The position numbers were made by a program, and so were the translations under genes. Positions 1 through 8,675 of a stretch of DNA of 61,917 nt are shown piece after piece (the stretch's first letter is position 1; the number at the start of each line of letters is the position of its first letter). The stretch comes from Candidatus Sumerlaeaceae bacterium (GTDB taxonomy: Bacteria > Sumerlaeota > Sumerlaeia > Sumerlaeales > Sumerlaeaceae), in assembly GCA_051003195.1 (NCBI GenBank), contig JBPCLP010000046.1, positions 1-61,917 of the forward strand, written 5' to 3'. Under the pieces are notes generated by a model. That model was not told the origin of the DNA. It was given only the letters and a program-made list of their open reading frames with translations, and did not search any database.

Positions 1-215
1 GTGATTGGCGCACGCACTACAACACGCGGCGGCCGCACTCGGCGCTGGGCTACACAACGCCCGCCGCCTTCGCGACAAGCTGTGGAAATGCCGGGCTGGT
101 GGACAGCCTGGGGGAAACAAAAAAGCCGTTTCCCCCATCCTGCCCACAGCCCTTGACCAACTGCACCAAAAGCCGCGCAGTTGCTCACAGTTCCACAGCT
201 ACGACGACGGTTTAA
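1..215 (+). CDS. IS3-family transposase (OrfB) C-terminus, partial; runs off the left edge
   Basis: Frame starting at nt 3 reads DWRTHYNTRRPHSALGYTTPAAFA...TAA(213-215); WRxxYNxxRPHSxLGYxTP is the IS3/IS407 integrase-core C-terminal motif. Not in the ORF track. Confidence 0.88.
   Translation, partial: DWRTHYNTRRPHSALGYTTPAAFATSCGNAGLVDSLGETKKPFPPSCPQPLTNCTKSRAVAHSSTATTTV
78..200. repeat. Nested inverted repeats (multi-stem structure) in the IS3 end
   Basis: agctgtggaa(78-87)/ttccacagct(191-200); tgggggaaac(109-118)/gtttccccca(128-137); caactgc(158-164)/gcagttg(177-183); imperfect 93-106/140-152. Confidence 0.85.
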
Positions 216-287
216 GCACAGGAAGAAAACCAGACGAACCCGGTCAGACTAACATATCACCTGGACCAAAAACGGGGGCACGCCACA

Positions 288-863
288 AGAGTAGGCCTGC
301 CCGATACGACTATCACAACATTCGCCAGCCTTCTGCACAATCGCGATCAGCCTGACAATTACGTTAGTGAACAAGCTTTCGAGATGTATCTTACCAATAA
401 TCCAAACAACGAATATCGGTCGATTTCCCCGATCCATGAGGGGACATGGCAAAACCCCGAGGATAGTGAGTTCGTTGCGGATAACGCCAAGGAACTATTA
501 CTCCGCGACCATACTGTTGCTTTGCCAAGCGCTAGCGAGTATGCACGGTTTGACATTGAATTGGAGGAGGCGCCCAGAGTGCAAGTGTTTGAGCTCTGTC
601 GATATCTCGGCGCAGTCGCCAGGCAAGAGGTCCTGGCTTCACCGACGGAACGCCGTATCAGCGTCCTGCCAGAAATGGAACAGATTCTACAACTGGAAGA
701 GTGGCATCATCCTAATGTAGTTGAGGAAGATCAACGGCCGAGCGGGTCTGTAACGTTCCGCCAATTAGCCCATGTGCTCGCCACAGGTGATGTAGAACTT
801 TACCAACCATTACAGGTGCCAAACACGCATTGGCAAAACTGGCCCGAGGGAGGACGCCTTTAG
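288..863 (+). pseudogene. Conserved hypothetical protein (DUF7003-like, tentative), 5'-truncated by the IS3 insertion
   Basis: ORF 384-863 stays open upstream to the IS end (RVGLPDTTITTFASLLHNRDQPDNY...) with no start before the IR; C-terminus LEEWHHP...PNTHWQNWPEGG. Confidence 0.65.
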
Positions 864-1053
864 AGAGGACCTCAGACAATGTCTGCTATTTTTTTCGGCT
901 CTATTGATCGTGCCGTAGGATCCTATTGTGCCGTTGACCTGCTGAGCCAGTACCAAGAGCCAATCCCCTGAAGCGAGAACATCAGACAGCGATCGTTTCA
1001 CTCCGGATTAGTTCTTCGACAAGATTGTTGCCCAACTTGTTCACGTATTTGGC

Positions 1054-1241
1054 TGTGCCACTTTTGTGCCACCGCGTGGCACCTTTGAAGCACCTGCGTA
1101 GTGCCTCTTGGCAGAATTCGTCAGATTTGCATTTCGATTAAATCCTTTCGCGCCCTTATACATCAAGGCTCAGCGGCATCCGGGAGCAGGCGAGACTCCG
1201 GGCCAGCGTTGGTTCGAATCCCGTACCGGGTACCCCACCTT
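1054..1241 (+). repeat. att-like site 1: family-A arm (TGTGCCAC direct repeats) plus tRNA 3'-end core GGTTCGAATCCCGTACCGGGTACC
   Basis: About 185-bp homology with 21510-21693; core resembles T-loop, T-stem 3' strand and acceptor 3' strand of a tRNA. Confidence 0.8.
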
Positions 1242-1394
1242 TAACTCTGTGTTTGGCTCCTGACTCCCTAGAGCCACAACTATCTCGTCCTTTTCAGCCG
1301 AGTAGTGGGCGTGGGCGCCGCCTCTTTTTTCGTGCTCAGCCCGATTTTATGTGCGGGATGGACGCGTGAACTCCGCATCTTTTGCCGTTAAAGT

Positions 1395-2357
1395 ATGAAT
1401 TCCGAAGTCGAATCCAGGCTGAGTTTTTTACGCCGTGAAATCGAGCGGCACAACCGTCTCTACTTTGACGATGCCGCGCCTGAAATCTCCGACCGAGAAT
1501 TCGATAAATTGGTGGATGAGTGCATAGCGCTGGGGGGACCGCAGGATGCTGTTAGTGAGCCCATGAAATCCACTACGGCACGCACGCTTGGGAGTGCACT
1601 TCACCTTTCGACTCAAAAGGTCTATGGTGAGGACGAGCTTCGAAAGTTTGATCAGGCCGTTAAGAAGCGACTAAAAATTGGGTATAACCCGGAGTACGTG
1701 CTCGAAGAAAAGATCGACGGCGCGGCTGTTTCACTGCGATATCAGAACGGCATTCTGGTCAGCGGTTCGACGCGTGGTGGCAATGATATAACCGCTCACT
1801 GTTTTGCGATGCCTGCGGTTCCCAAAGAGCTTCTTCCATTTAAGGGCAACCAACTTGAGGTGTTGGAAGTACGCGGTCGCATTTATGCTCACTATGATGA
1901 TATCGAAAAGGTTCGCCTGCCTACCGACCCCACCACCTTTTCAATATCGCTATCCAGCGACGGAAGTGTTACAGCGGGAGAACGCTTCTATAATGGGCCT
2001 CGCGAAATGGCAGTTGGATCATTACAAACGATGGACTCAGAAGTGGTCGGTTCGCGTCCGCTGCATCTTTTTGTTAATGAGGTGGGAGAAACCGAGACCG
2101 ACGTTCCTTGGACGTATGGCGAGTTGTTGAAGATGTTTTCCGAAGTCGGACTGCCTGTGAATCCATCTTGGCGGTTCTGCCGGTCGATAGACGAGGTGAT
2201 TGAGAAAATGCCCTCGGTTATGCTTGCGACAAAGACCGCTGCTTATCCGGTCGCAGGGATAGATGTAATGGTGGATTGTTTGGACTGGTGGCCAAAGCTC
2301 GGCACTACCGCTAAATATCCAAAGTGGATGGTGACTTATTTGGGCAGCGGGGATTAA
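1395..2357 (+). CDS. ligA: NAD-dependent DNA ligase-like protein: domain Ia plus adenylation domain only (no OB/Zn/HhH/BRCT)
   Basis: LRREIERHNRLY..APEISDREFDKL, EEKIDG (motif I), STRGG, LGTTAKYPKW; stops at 320 aa. Confidence 0.85.
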   Translation: MNSEVESRLSFLRREIERHNRLYFDDAAPEISDREFDKLVDECIALGGPQDAVSEPMKSTTARTLGSALHLSTQKVYGEDELRKFDQAVKKRLKIGYNPEYVLEEKIDGAAVSLRYQNGILVSGSTRGGNDITAHCFAMPAVPKELLPFKGNQLEVLEVRGRIYAHYDDIEKVRLPTDPTTFSISLSSDGSVTAGERFYNGPREMAVGSLQTMDSEVVGSRPLHLFVNEVGETETDVPWTYGELLKMFSEVGLPVNPSWRFCRSIDEVIEKMPSVMLATKTAAYPVAGIDVMVDCLDWWPKLGTTAKYPKWMVTYLGSGD

Positions 2358-2414
2358 CCCACACGCAGCCGAAGTTCCTTGGCGTGGAAGCTGATTATGC
2401 GGCCAGGGAAAGAG

Positions 2415-3608
2415 TTAATAAGGGATTGATCCCGTACCGGGTACCACCTTATATTCGCTAAGTGGCGGCCCCGGCGCCCCTTCGTTACCGTAACGGCATG
2501 TCTGCGTGGTAAAGGTCGGCTGGCAGTGCGGACCTTCCGACGTCCATTTCAGCTCGTCCACGCACATCCATCGGACCTTCATCGCCGGGTCCCAGGCATG
2601 GTAAACAAGATAATCTGTTTTGTTATCCGGGCCGGTCACGATGGAATGGTGCCCGGGACCGCGGACTTTGTCCGGGATGCCGGACAAAACCCGGGCGTGA
2701 TCGCCCTGGTCACGGTAAGGTCCCATGGGTTTGTCGGCCACCACGTAATCCACCCCGTAGCGCGTTGTCTTGTAATTGGCGCCACTGTAGAAGCAATAAT
2801 ACTGGCCGTCGCGCTTTACCACACACGGCCCCTCGATGGTATGCCAGTCGAAGGTGGCATCATATACGTCCATGCGCCGATTCGCCTCATACAATGTCCA
2901 GTCGTAACGGGCACGCACAACGACTTGGCACTCCCCCGCGAGGCGTGTCATATCCAGCAAGCGGTCCACCACCAGGGCGGTGCCGGGGTGCACTCCTGGC
3001 GCGGACTTTGTAAAGTTGCGCGCGTAGAACAAGTACCACTGCCCGTCGGTGTCCTGAAACGGAAATGCATCGATCGTAAACCGGTTGTTCTCACAATCAG
3101 TTAGCCGGGCCAAATCTGTAAATGGCCCGTCCGGCCGATCGCTCGCCGCCACCCGCAGTTCAAACTTTTCCTCCTCCGCCTTGCCCATTGAGTAATAGAG
3201 GTAAAACTTCCCTTTGAATTCGGTCACCTCGGGAGCCCAGTACTGGAAATGACGGTCAGGTGAAGGCGACACAAGCGCACCACCAGGTTTCTCCCAGTTC
3301 ACGAGATCACGGGAGCGCAGCGTGGTGAAAATCCGGCCGTCTTCCGTACGAGCATTACCGGTCGTGCCGTAGGCGTAATACCAGCCTCCATGGCGAATAA
3401 CTGAAGGATCCGGCATGGAACCCCTATAAACCGGATTCGTGTAGGCTACAGACGAAACGGTGCTGGTTGTCCCCGATCCCTCCTCGTTCCGGGCTTTGGC
3501 GGCAAAGATCAGACCCTGCATGAACGCAACTACGAAGAACCCGGCAACATGCCGGCGCACCCTTAAAGAGAACGATATAAATCTCACAACACCCATACGG
3601 CACGGCAC
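2415..3608 (-). CDS. Glycoside hydrolase family 43 (secreted; start uncertain)
   Basis: NPVYRGSMPDPSVIR, WAPEV, IDAFPF, IEGP, GPGHHSIV GH43 motifs. Confidence 0.9.
   Translation of the reverse strand: MPCRMGVVRFISFSLRVRRHVAGFFVVAFMQGLIFAAKARNEEGSGTTSTVSSVAYTNPVYRGSMPDPSVIRHGGWYYAYGTTGNARTEDGRIFTTLRSRDLVNWEKPGGALVSPSPDRHFQYWAPEVTEFKGKFYLYYSMGKAEEEKFELRVAASDRPDGPFTDLARLTDCENNRFTIDAFPFQDTDGQWYLFYARNFTKSAPGVHPGTALVVDRLLDMTRLAGECQVVVRARYDWTLYEANRRMDVYDATFDWHTIEGPCVVKRDGQYYCFYSGANYKTTRYGVDYVVADKPMGPYRDQGDHARVLSGIPDKVRGPGHHSIVTGPDNKTDYLVYHAWDPAMKVRWMCVDELKWTSEGPHCQPTFTTQTCRYGNEGAPGPPLSEYKVVPGTGSIPY
2429..2450 (+). repeat. att-like site 2: core ATCCCGTACCGGGTACCACCTT
   Basis: 17 bp identical to 1218-1234; overlaps the last codons of the GH43 ORF. 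Confidence 0.75.
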
Positions 3609-3702
3609 ACCTTGCGAGTCAACAGAGGTGCTTCAACATTTCCGCTCCGTACATGCCCAGCCCAGAATGGGGCTTCGTCTCAGCGGCAGCGCGGCTGTTC
3701 CG

Positions 3703-3798
3703 GGTGGTAAGCACGAATACATGACGCGCGCGGAGCTCGTGCTTACAATTCCGAAGCCGCATGCTGGTGATATAGGTATCGATCTTCTGCCGCGGCTC
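3703..3798 (+). pseudogene. hicA: HicA-family toxin fragment
   Basis: GGKHEYMTRAELVLTIPKPHAGDIGIDLLPRL matches the HicA GxH...TIPxPH.GDI...LL.RI core; no N-terminus and no hicB. Confidence 0.6.
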
Positions 3799-3895
3799 TG
3801 GTTACGGTGTAAACCTGATGCGAGGAATATTCGTTTGTTCTATATAGACGTCGTCTGATATGCCTCCGCTGAAGAGATGAATCAATGGCTTGCGA

Positions 3896-4510
3896 TTACT
3901 CATACATCATGGAGTCACGCGCCGCGGTCTGGGCGGGAGCGACCAACCGTTCGAAGTTTCCATCGGCGGAGCCAAAGAACCTCCAACCTGTCGGAATAAC
4001 CGCCGGATCCGGCCACGTTTCAAAACCTGGATTCGTCAATATCTGCGTGTTGCTTGTACTGGTGTTTATCACGGAAATGTCGTCCAGGACAATTGAACTG
4101 TTACCATCGAGGCGGAACGCGACATTCATCGTCGCTGCGGTGGCCGGGGCCGTGGTCACCGGCTCGGTAAATTGCGTCCACACGGTTGGAACAGATGCCG
4201 AAACGTTGAAATTGATGTCTGGCGGGATATACGTTCCCCCCGAAGTGAAAAAGGCGACCGCAACGCGATTAATAAAACTGGTGCTTACCTGGCCATTTCT
4301 TGCCCAGAAGCTAAGTATCAGGCCATCCCCGGCCGCGACTGGCACTCGAGTGCCAGGAGCTTCGCGGTCAAGGACGCTGTCGACGCTGAACGTTGTGCGA
4401 TTTAACCGCAGCGCGTACTGTCCGTTGTGTACCGTGCTTGTGGTCTGGGAAGAAACCTGCAATGGCGCGACTACCAGAAGTCCCGCCGCCAAAACAAATT
4501 CAAGTTTCAT
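3896..4510 (-). CDS. Secreted CBM4/9-like (galactose-binding fold) protein with C-terminal 'TAARDSMMYE' tail
   Basis: Signal peptide MKLEFVLAAGLLVVAPLQVSSQ from ATG 4510; VHNGQYALRL, LSFWAR, WTQF, IVLDDISV, LTNPGFE motifs. Confidence 0.7.
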   Translation of the reverse strand: MKLEFVLAAGLLVVAPLQVSSQTTSTVHNGQYALRLNRTTFSVDSVLDREAPGTRVPVAAGDGLILSFWARNGQVSTSFINRVAVAFFTSGGTYIPPDINFNVSASVPTVWTQFTEPVTTAPATAATMNVAFRLDGNSSIVLDDISVINTSTSNTQILTNPGFETWPDPAVIPTGWRFFGSADGNFERLVAPAQTAARDSMMYE

Positions 4511-4637
4511 ATTTCGTCTCCAAAAGAAGTTTTGTTGCTTAGAGTCATGCTTTACAATTAAAGTTAGGGGACGGAAGAAGGGTTGGCAAGAATGATCAGG
4601 CAGGAGTTGGCACGAGAATACCGGCACCAAAGGACCG

Positions 4638-5231
4638 TCATGGCATCTCGCCGTGATCACTTACACGGATTACGTCGCCTTTGCTGACTGTTCCATTCGT
4701 CGGATCGTAGCGATAATAGGCGTAGCCTGAGAGCGGGTTTTCCCAGATGCTTTCACTGTAGCCAGGATAATCGAAAAGGGGTACGGTGTCGTCGGTGCGG
4801 TCAGGTCCGGCGCTGGCGAGTGCCCAACGGGTGGGATGGTCTTCTGGCGCACTGCCAAGGCTGTAGCTCTTTACCTGCACGCCGAGGCCGGAGTCGAAAT
4901 ATCCTCCAAACGCGTCCAGGGGAACGGACGAAATGTACGCAACGGGTGAGGTGAGACGACCAAGGCCGTCAGCGCGTGGAGTCGTTGCCGCGTAATCTTC
5001 CGGATATGCCGTCGCATCTACACGATAGGCCTCAAGGGCAGTCATAATGGTACGCATGTCGGCTTTGGCGCGACTAACCTTTGCCCGTGTTTGCGCCTCC
5101 AGGAAATTGGGGATGGCTATCGCCGCCAGGATCGCGATGATTGCGACCACCATCAGCAGTTCAATCAAAGTAAACGCGCGGACTCGCCGGACAACTCCAG
5201 GCAGGCAGCCGCCTCGGTTCATGCGCGTCAC
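4638..5231 (-). CDS. Prepilin-type N-terminal cleavage/methylation protein (GspG/type IV pilin-like)
   Basis: RA|FTLIELLMVVAIIAILAAIAIPNFLEAQTRAKVSR; C-terminal YDPTNGTVSKGDV. Confidence 0.9.
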   Translation of the reverse strand: MTRMNRGGCLPGVVRRVRAFTLIELLMVVAIIAILAAIAIPNFLEAQTRAKVSRAKADMRTIMTALEAYRVDATAYPEDYAATTPRADGLGRLTSPVAYISSVPLDAFGGYFDSGLGVQVKSYSLGSAPEDHPTRWALASAGPDRTDDTVPLFDYPGYSESIWENPLSGYAYYRYDPTNGTVSKGDVIRVSDHGEMP

Positions 5232-5749
5232 TGGCCCGATTGCGGGTTCTGCAGTTGCTTGTAGTATGTATCCGTGGGTGGAACCTTCGCAAGGCCCTCC
5301 CGGATCGCGTTATCGGCTTTCGCGTTATCGCCGGCGCGCCGGTAAGCCTTGGCGAGTTTTACGTAGGGACCGCCCTGCTTTGCGTCCAGACGGATCGCTG
5401 TCCTGAGAGTCTCAATGGCCTCCGTGTTCTTGTGATCCGCCAGGTATGCCTCTCCCAGGCGAAACTGCGCTTTCGCATCCGCCGGGTCTGACGCAACGGC
5501 CGCCTCCATGTGCTTTACTGCATTCTTGTCGTCCTTATTATCCAGGTACAACTTCCCGAGCCGGGAGTGCGCATCGTGGTGTTTGGGATCGGCGAGCACG
5601 GCGCGCTCGAACAGTTTGATCGCCTCGGCTTTGTTGCCTTTGTCCATTGCAGCTTTGCCCTGCTGATACAACTGGGCACCGCTTTGCGGTTTGCCGCAGG
5701 CGCATAACAGAACAGCAGCAAGAGCAACAAGACCTGATCTAATGAGCAT
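5228..5749 (-). CDS. TPR-repeat lipoprotein
   Basis: Lipobox-like LLCAC after a hydrophobic leader (ATG 5749); about 4 TPR repeats (AHSRLGKLY, AQFRLGEAY). Confidence 0.85.
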   Translation of the reverse strand: MLIRSGLVALAAVLLCACGKPQSGAQLYQQGKAAMDKGNKAEAIKLFERAVLADPKHHDAHSRLGKLYLDNKDDKNAVKHMEAAVASDPADAKAQFRLGEAYLADHKNTEAIETLRTAIRLDAKQGGPYVKLAKAYRRAGDNAKADNAIREGLAKVPPTDTYYKQLQNPQSGQ

Positions 5750-6932
5750 AGTAGGCCTCGCGCGGCTCATCGGTGTCGAGCAATTGCTGGATTTCCGGAA
5801 CAATGTGATCCAGGCCGGAAAAGTTTAAGGTGTTTGCAGACGCCGGCAGCCATTTGCCGCCAAAGATGGAATCCAGACTCTCCGACAATTGAGCGCCTGA
5901 AAGTTCCGCCTGCCGGACAAGGCGTACAAACCCGGCTGCTTCGAATGCCTGTGCGCGGATCAGTTGTTCCTTTCGGGGCTGCTCGCGCGGAACGATGATG
6001 GTTGGTTTGCCGATACTGATGCACTCCAGGATGCTGTTGTAACCGCCCATGGAGATCACAGCGTCTGCGTTTGCAATGTTTCTCTGCAGTCTCTGGGAAA
6101 AGCGCTCGACACGCATTGAGCCGCCGTACTGCCGGGCGTGCTCTTTAAGTCGCCGGTATTCCTGGTCGTTCATGAGAGGCCCGGTGTATAGGCGTGCCGT
6201 AATTCTTCCGTACTTGTGGCGGAGCTGGGCGATGGCATGCATGGATGCCTGAAGGAGCGTGAAACCATCGTGTCCGCCACCAGCCGTAACCAGGACCGAA
6301 TAGCCGGTCTCTGCCTCGATCGGGGCGGGATGAGGCCGTCGTGTTACGTAACCTACGGATCTGCCAATGCGCCGCAATTCGGGTGCAAAGCTGTATTCCG
6401 ACAATGTGTCATAAATCTGGGGGTCACCGTAGATCCATGCGCGATCATAATAGCGGCGAAGTATTTCGGGAGTGCCAGATTTCCGCCACTCGCGATTAAC
6501 CTGCTCCGGAGTATCCAGAATGTCCCGCAGTCCAAGTACGATACGGGTATTCGGAGAATAATGGCGCAGCCATTTGAGCGCGGGAATCAGTTCGCCGTTC
6601 AGGCCGCCGGCATGCTTGTCCACAATGAGAAGATCCGGCGGGGCAGACTTGATCACCGACTTCAGCAGATCCTTGCGTACTTTGACGGAGACCCCCATCA
6701 GGGAATTACCCAGCTGTGACACGTACTGCTCCCGGCCCGACTTCTGCAGGGAGGGAATTTTTATGTAATCGCAGCGGGCGGGAAGTTGGAAAAGTCCCGG
6801 GTAAAGCGAGCCTGTAAGAAGCAAGGCGGAAACATCCGGCAGGGACGCGCAGGCTTCCTCGGCGATATACAGGTTGCGACGGAAATGCCCGAGGCCTTCG
6901 CCGTCGTGGGAATAGAGATATACCAGGGCCAT
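5739..6932 (-). CDS. Predicted glycosyltransferase (COG4671 / GT28 C-terminal-like)
   Basis: YSHDGEGLGHFRR, GLRDILD, VTAGGGHDG, ISMGGYNS, PRKEQLIRA. Confidence 0.88.
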   Translation of the reverse strand: MALVYLYSHDGEGLGHFRRNLYIAEEACASLPDVSALLLTGSLYPGLFQLPARCDYIKIPSLQKSGREQYVSQLGNSLMGVSVKVRKDLLKSVIKSAPPDLLIVDKHAGGLNGELIPALKWLRHYSPNTRIVLGLRDILDTPEQVNREWRKSGTPEILRRYYDRAWIYGDPQIYDTLSEYSFAPELRRIGRSVGYVTRRPHPAPIEAETGYSVLVTAGGGHDGFTLLQASMHAIAQLRHKYGRITARLYTGPLMNDQEYRRLKEHARQYGGSMRVERFSQRLQRNIANADAVISMGGYNSILECISIGKPTIIVPREQPRKEQLIRAQAFEAAGFVRLVRQAELSGAQLSESLDSIFGGKWLPASANTLNFSGLDHIVPEIQQLLDTDEPREAYYAH

Positions 6933-6944
6933 GCGGCGGGTCGC

Positions 6945-8414
6945 CTACTCGTACAGCTGCCAGTCGGCGGCTGCCGTTGCGGCGGGGGGCAGTGTAACAT
7001 TGAGAGTCGTATTGGCCGGCACCGATTGCGAGCTGAAGGTCTGTGACTGCAGATCCGGGCGGGTAACTGGCGGCGAATAGATGAGCTTCCATGTGCCCGG
7101 CGACAGACGGGCTGCATACACGCCGTTTGCGTCGGTCTTATCGTTGGGAGTGAATACACGCTTTTGTGCAGTGAGATCGATGACGTCCAAGTCGGCATTG
7201 GCAACCGGCACGTTATTGAAGTCGCGCACTGTGCCGGACAAGGTTACATAGTTGCCCAGCACAATCGTACCAAGGTTCACGTTGCCGATAACGACAACAC
7301 CGAAGATCGTCTTTGGCGCGTAGGGCGTCGCGGAAGGCGGGCGGAAATCTATGGTATACGTGCCGTCACTCGCCAGCACGCTGAAGGTGCCGTTTGCCAG
7401 GGTGTTGTCGTTGTTTACGAATATCTGCTGGTTATAGTACTCGTCGGTGAAATCCAGGTCGATGCCCTGGATGGGCACCGCGCCGCTGTTTACGACCGTC
7501 CCGGTAATGGTGCGTTCGGTTCCAAGTTTGATGTCTCCGAGATTGAGTGCCGCGCTGATCCGCACGTCCTTGAATTCGCGGCGCGCGAGACCACTTGCAC
7601 CCGGAGGGCGCACCACAATCTGATAAATGCCATCGGATACACCCGACAGGGAGAAGAGTCCCGCGGCATCCGAAAGGTCGCCGGTGAGACGAATTTCAAG
7701 GCCGCAAGCATCGATCATGTCGATATCCACACTGGTTACAATGGCGTTGTTACTGAAGCGGACAGTGCGTCCGGTAACCGCACGCGCCGGGCCGACAATG
7801 ATTTGCCCATAGTCCACGTTGGCACCCGGCGCCACGTTGATGAATTCCTTGTCCGCGTACCCGCGTCCGCCGACGTCTTTAAGCTTCATCGTGTAAGGCG
7901 CGCCGGTCTGCGGAATGACTGTCTGGATGATGCCGGAGGAGTTGCTGGTGTTTCGCGGCGCAAAGACTGCCACGGCCGACGCGTTCGTAAAGTCGGCGTT
8001 AATGCTGTTCAGCAGCGAGCCTGTGCTGCTAACAGTTTGAAGGGTAATCTCATAACCTGGCGGAAGGGTCATAGTTGGAACGCTGCGATCTGAAGTCACC
8101 GATATGTTGAGTTGTTCGCCGCCCGCGAGCCCCGACCCAATTAGTGCGGTATATGTTATTCGGTACGTGCCAGATGGGACATTCACGGAGAATGTGCCAT
8201 TCGCCTGTGTTGAGTCGCCGACAAGTGGAATATTTATGCCTGACGAGTTAATGAAATCTATATTCACGTTTGCCACCGGGCTCGATGCCTGGTTGACAGC
8301 CGTACCCGTGACAACAAATGCGGGAGCCCAGACAGATTGAAACAAAGTGTACGCGATGCAGAAAACCCGTCCAATTTTGCGGCGCGAAATAGTCACAGAG
8401 ATAACCTTTCCCAC
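6945..8414 (-). CDS. Secreted repeat protein with carboxypeptidase-regulatory-like beta-sandwich units and C-terminal 'TAAADWQLYE' tail
   Basis: About 5 repeats of ITGTV...PI.G.D.DF...T...GTF...GTY; N-terminal hydrophobic leader. Confidence 0.75.
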   Translation of the reverse strand: MGKVISVTISRRKIGRVFCIAYTLFQSVWAPAFVVTGTAVNQASSPVANVNIDFINSSGINIPLVGDSTQANGTFSVNVPSGTYRITYTALIGSGLAGGEQLNISVTSDRSVPTMTLPPGYEITLQTVSSTGSLLNSINADFTNASAVAVFAPRNTSNSSGIIQTVIPQTGAPYTMKLKDVGGRGYADKEFINVAPGANVDYGQIIVGPARAVTGRTVRFSNNAIVTSVDIDMIDACGLEIRLTGDLSDAAGLFSLSGVSDGIYQIVVRPPGASGLARREFKDVRISAALNLGDIKLGTERTITGTVVNSGAVPIQGIDLDFTDEYYNQQIFVNNDNTLANGTFSVLASDGTYTIDFRPPSATPYAPKTIFGVVVIGNVNLGTIVLGNYVTLSGTVRDFNNVPVANADLDVIDLTAQKRVFTPNDKTDANGVYAARLSPGTWKLIYSPPVTRPDLQSQTFSSQSVPANTTLNVTLPPAATAAADWQLYE

Positions 8415-8675
8415 ATGGCAACCGTGAGCGGATCTTGCGCCAGAATCAAAAGATGCGGAATTCTGATATGCAGCAACATCGCAATCGCTTCAAGTTGTAA
8501 TTCCGATGTTCCTGCCCAACAGCTTATGCCGAATCAAAACGCAAATCTCGCTTATGCTCAATGCACAGTATAGTACATCAAGGCAACCTGCAGGTTCATT
8601 TTATACAGACTTTTTTATTTGGGGACGTACGCTGACGGAATAGTTTCCGAGTACAACAGTAGCCAAAATCCATAA

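Larger units (their letters stand above)
1..285 (+). mobile_element. Right end of IS3-family insertion sequence; terminal IR about 249-285
   Basis: ctaacatatcacctggaccaaaaacgggggcacgcCA follows the transposase and ends in CA, like IS3 right IRs; an unrelated coding frame resumes directly afterwards. Confidence 0.75.

Noticed and set aside
5..355. 116-aa ORF from the track as the first gene
   Set aside because: The transposase motif lies in the frame starting at nt 3, and this ORF crosses the IS boundary.
1150..1240. Intact tRNA gene at the GGTTCGAATCCC sites (also 21661-21693 and 31758-31792)
   Set aside because: Only the T-loop-to-CCA part matches; the 5' T-stem strand does not pair and there is no D-arm, anticodon arm or acceptor 5' strand.
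4619..4629. TACCGGCACCA as a tenth core
   Set aside because: Too short, two differences from consensus, and no arm homology on either side.
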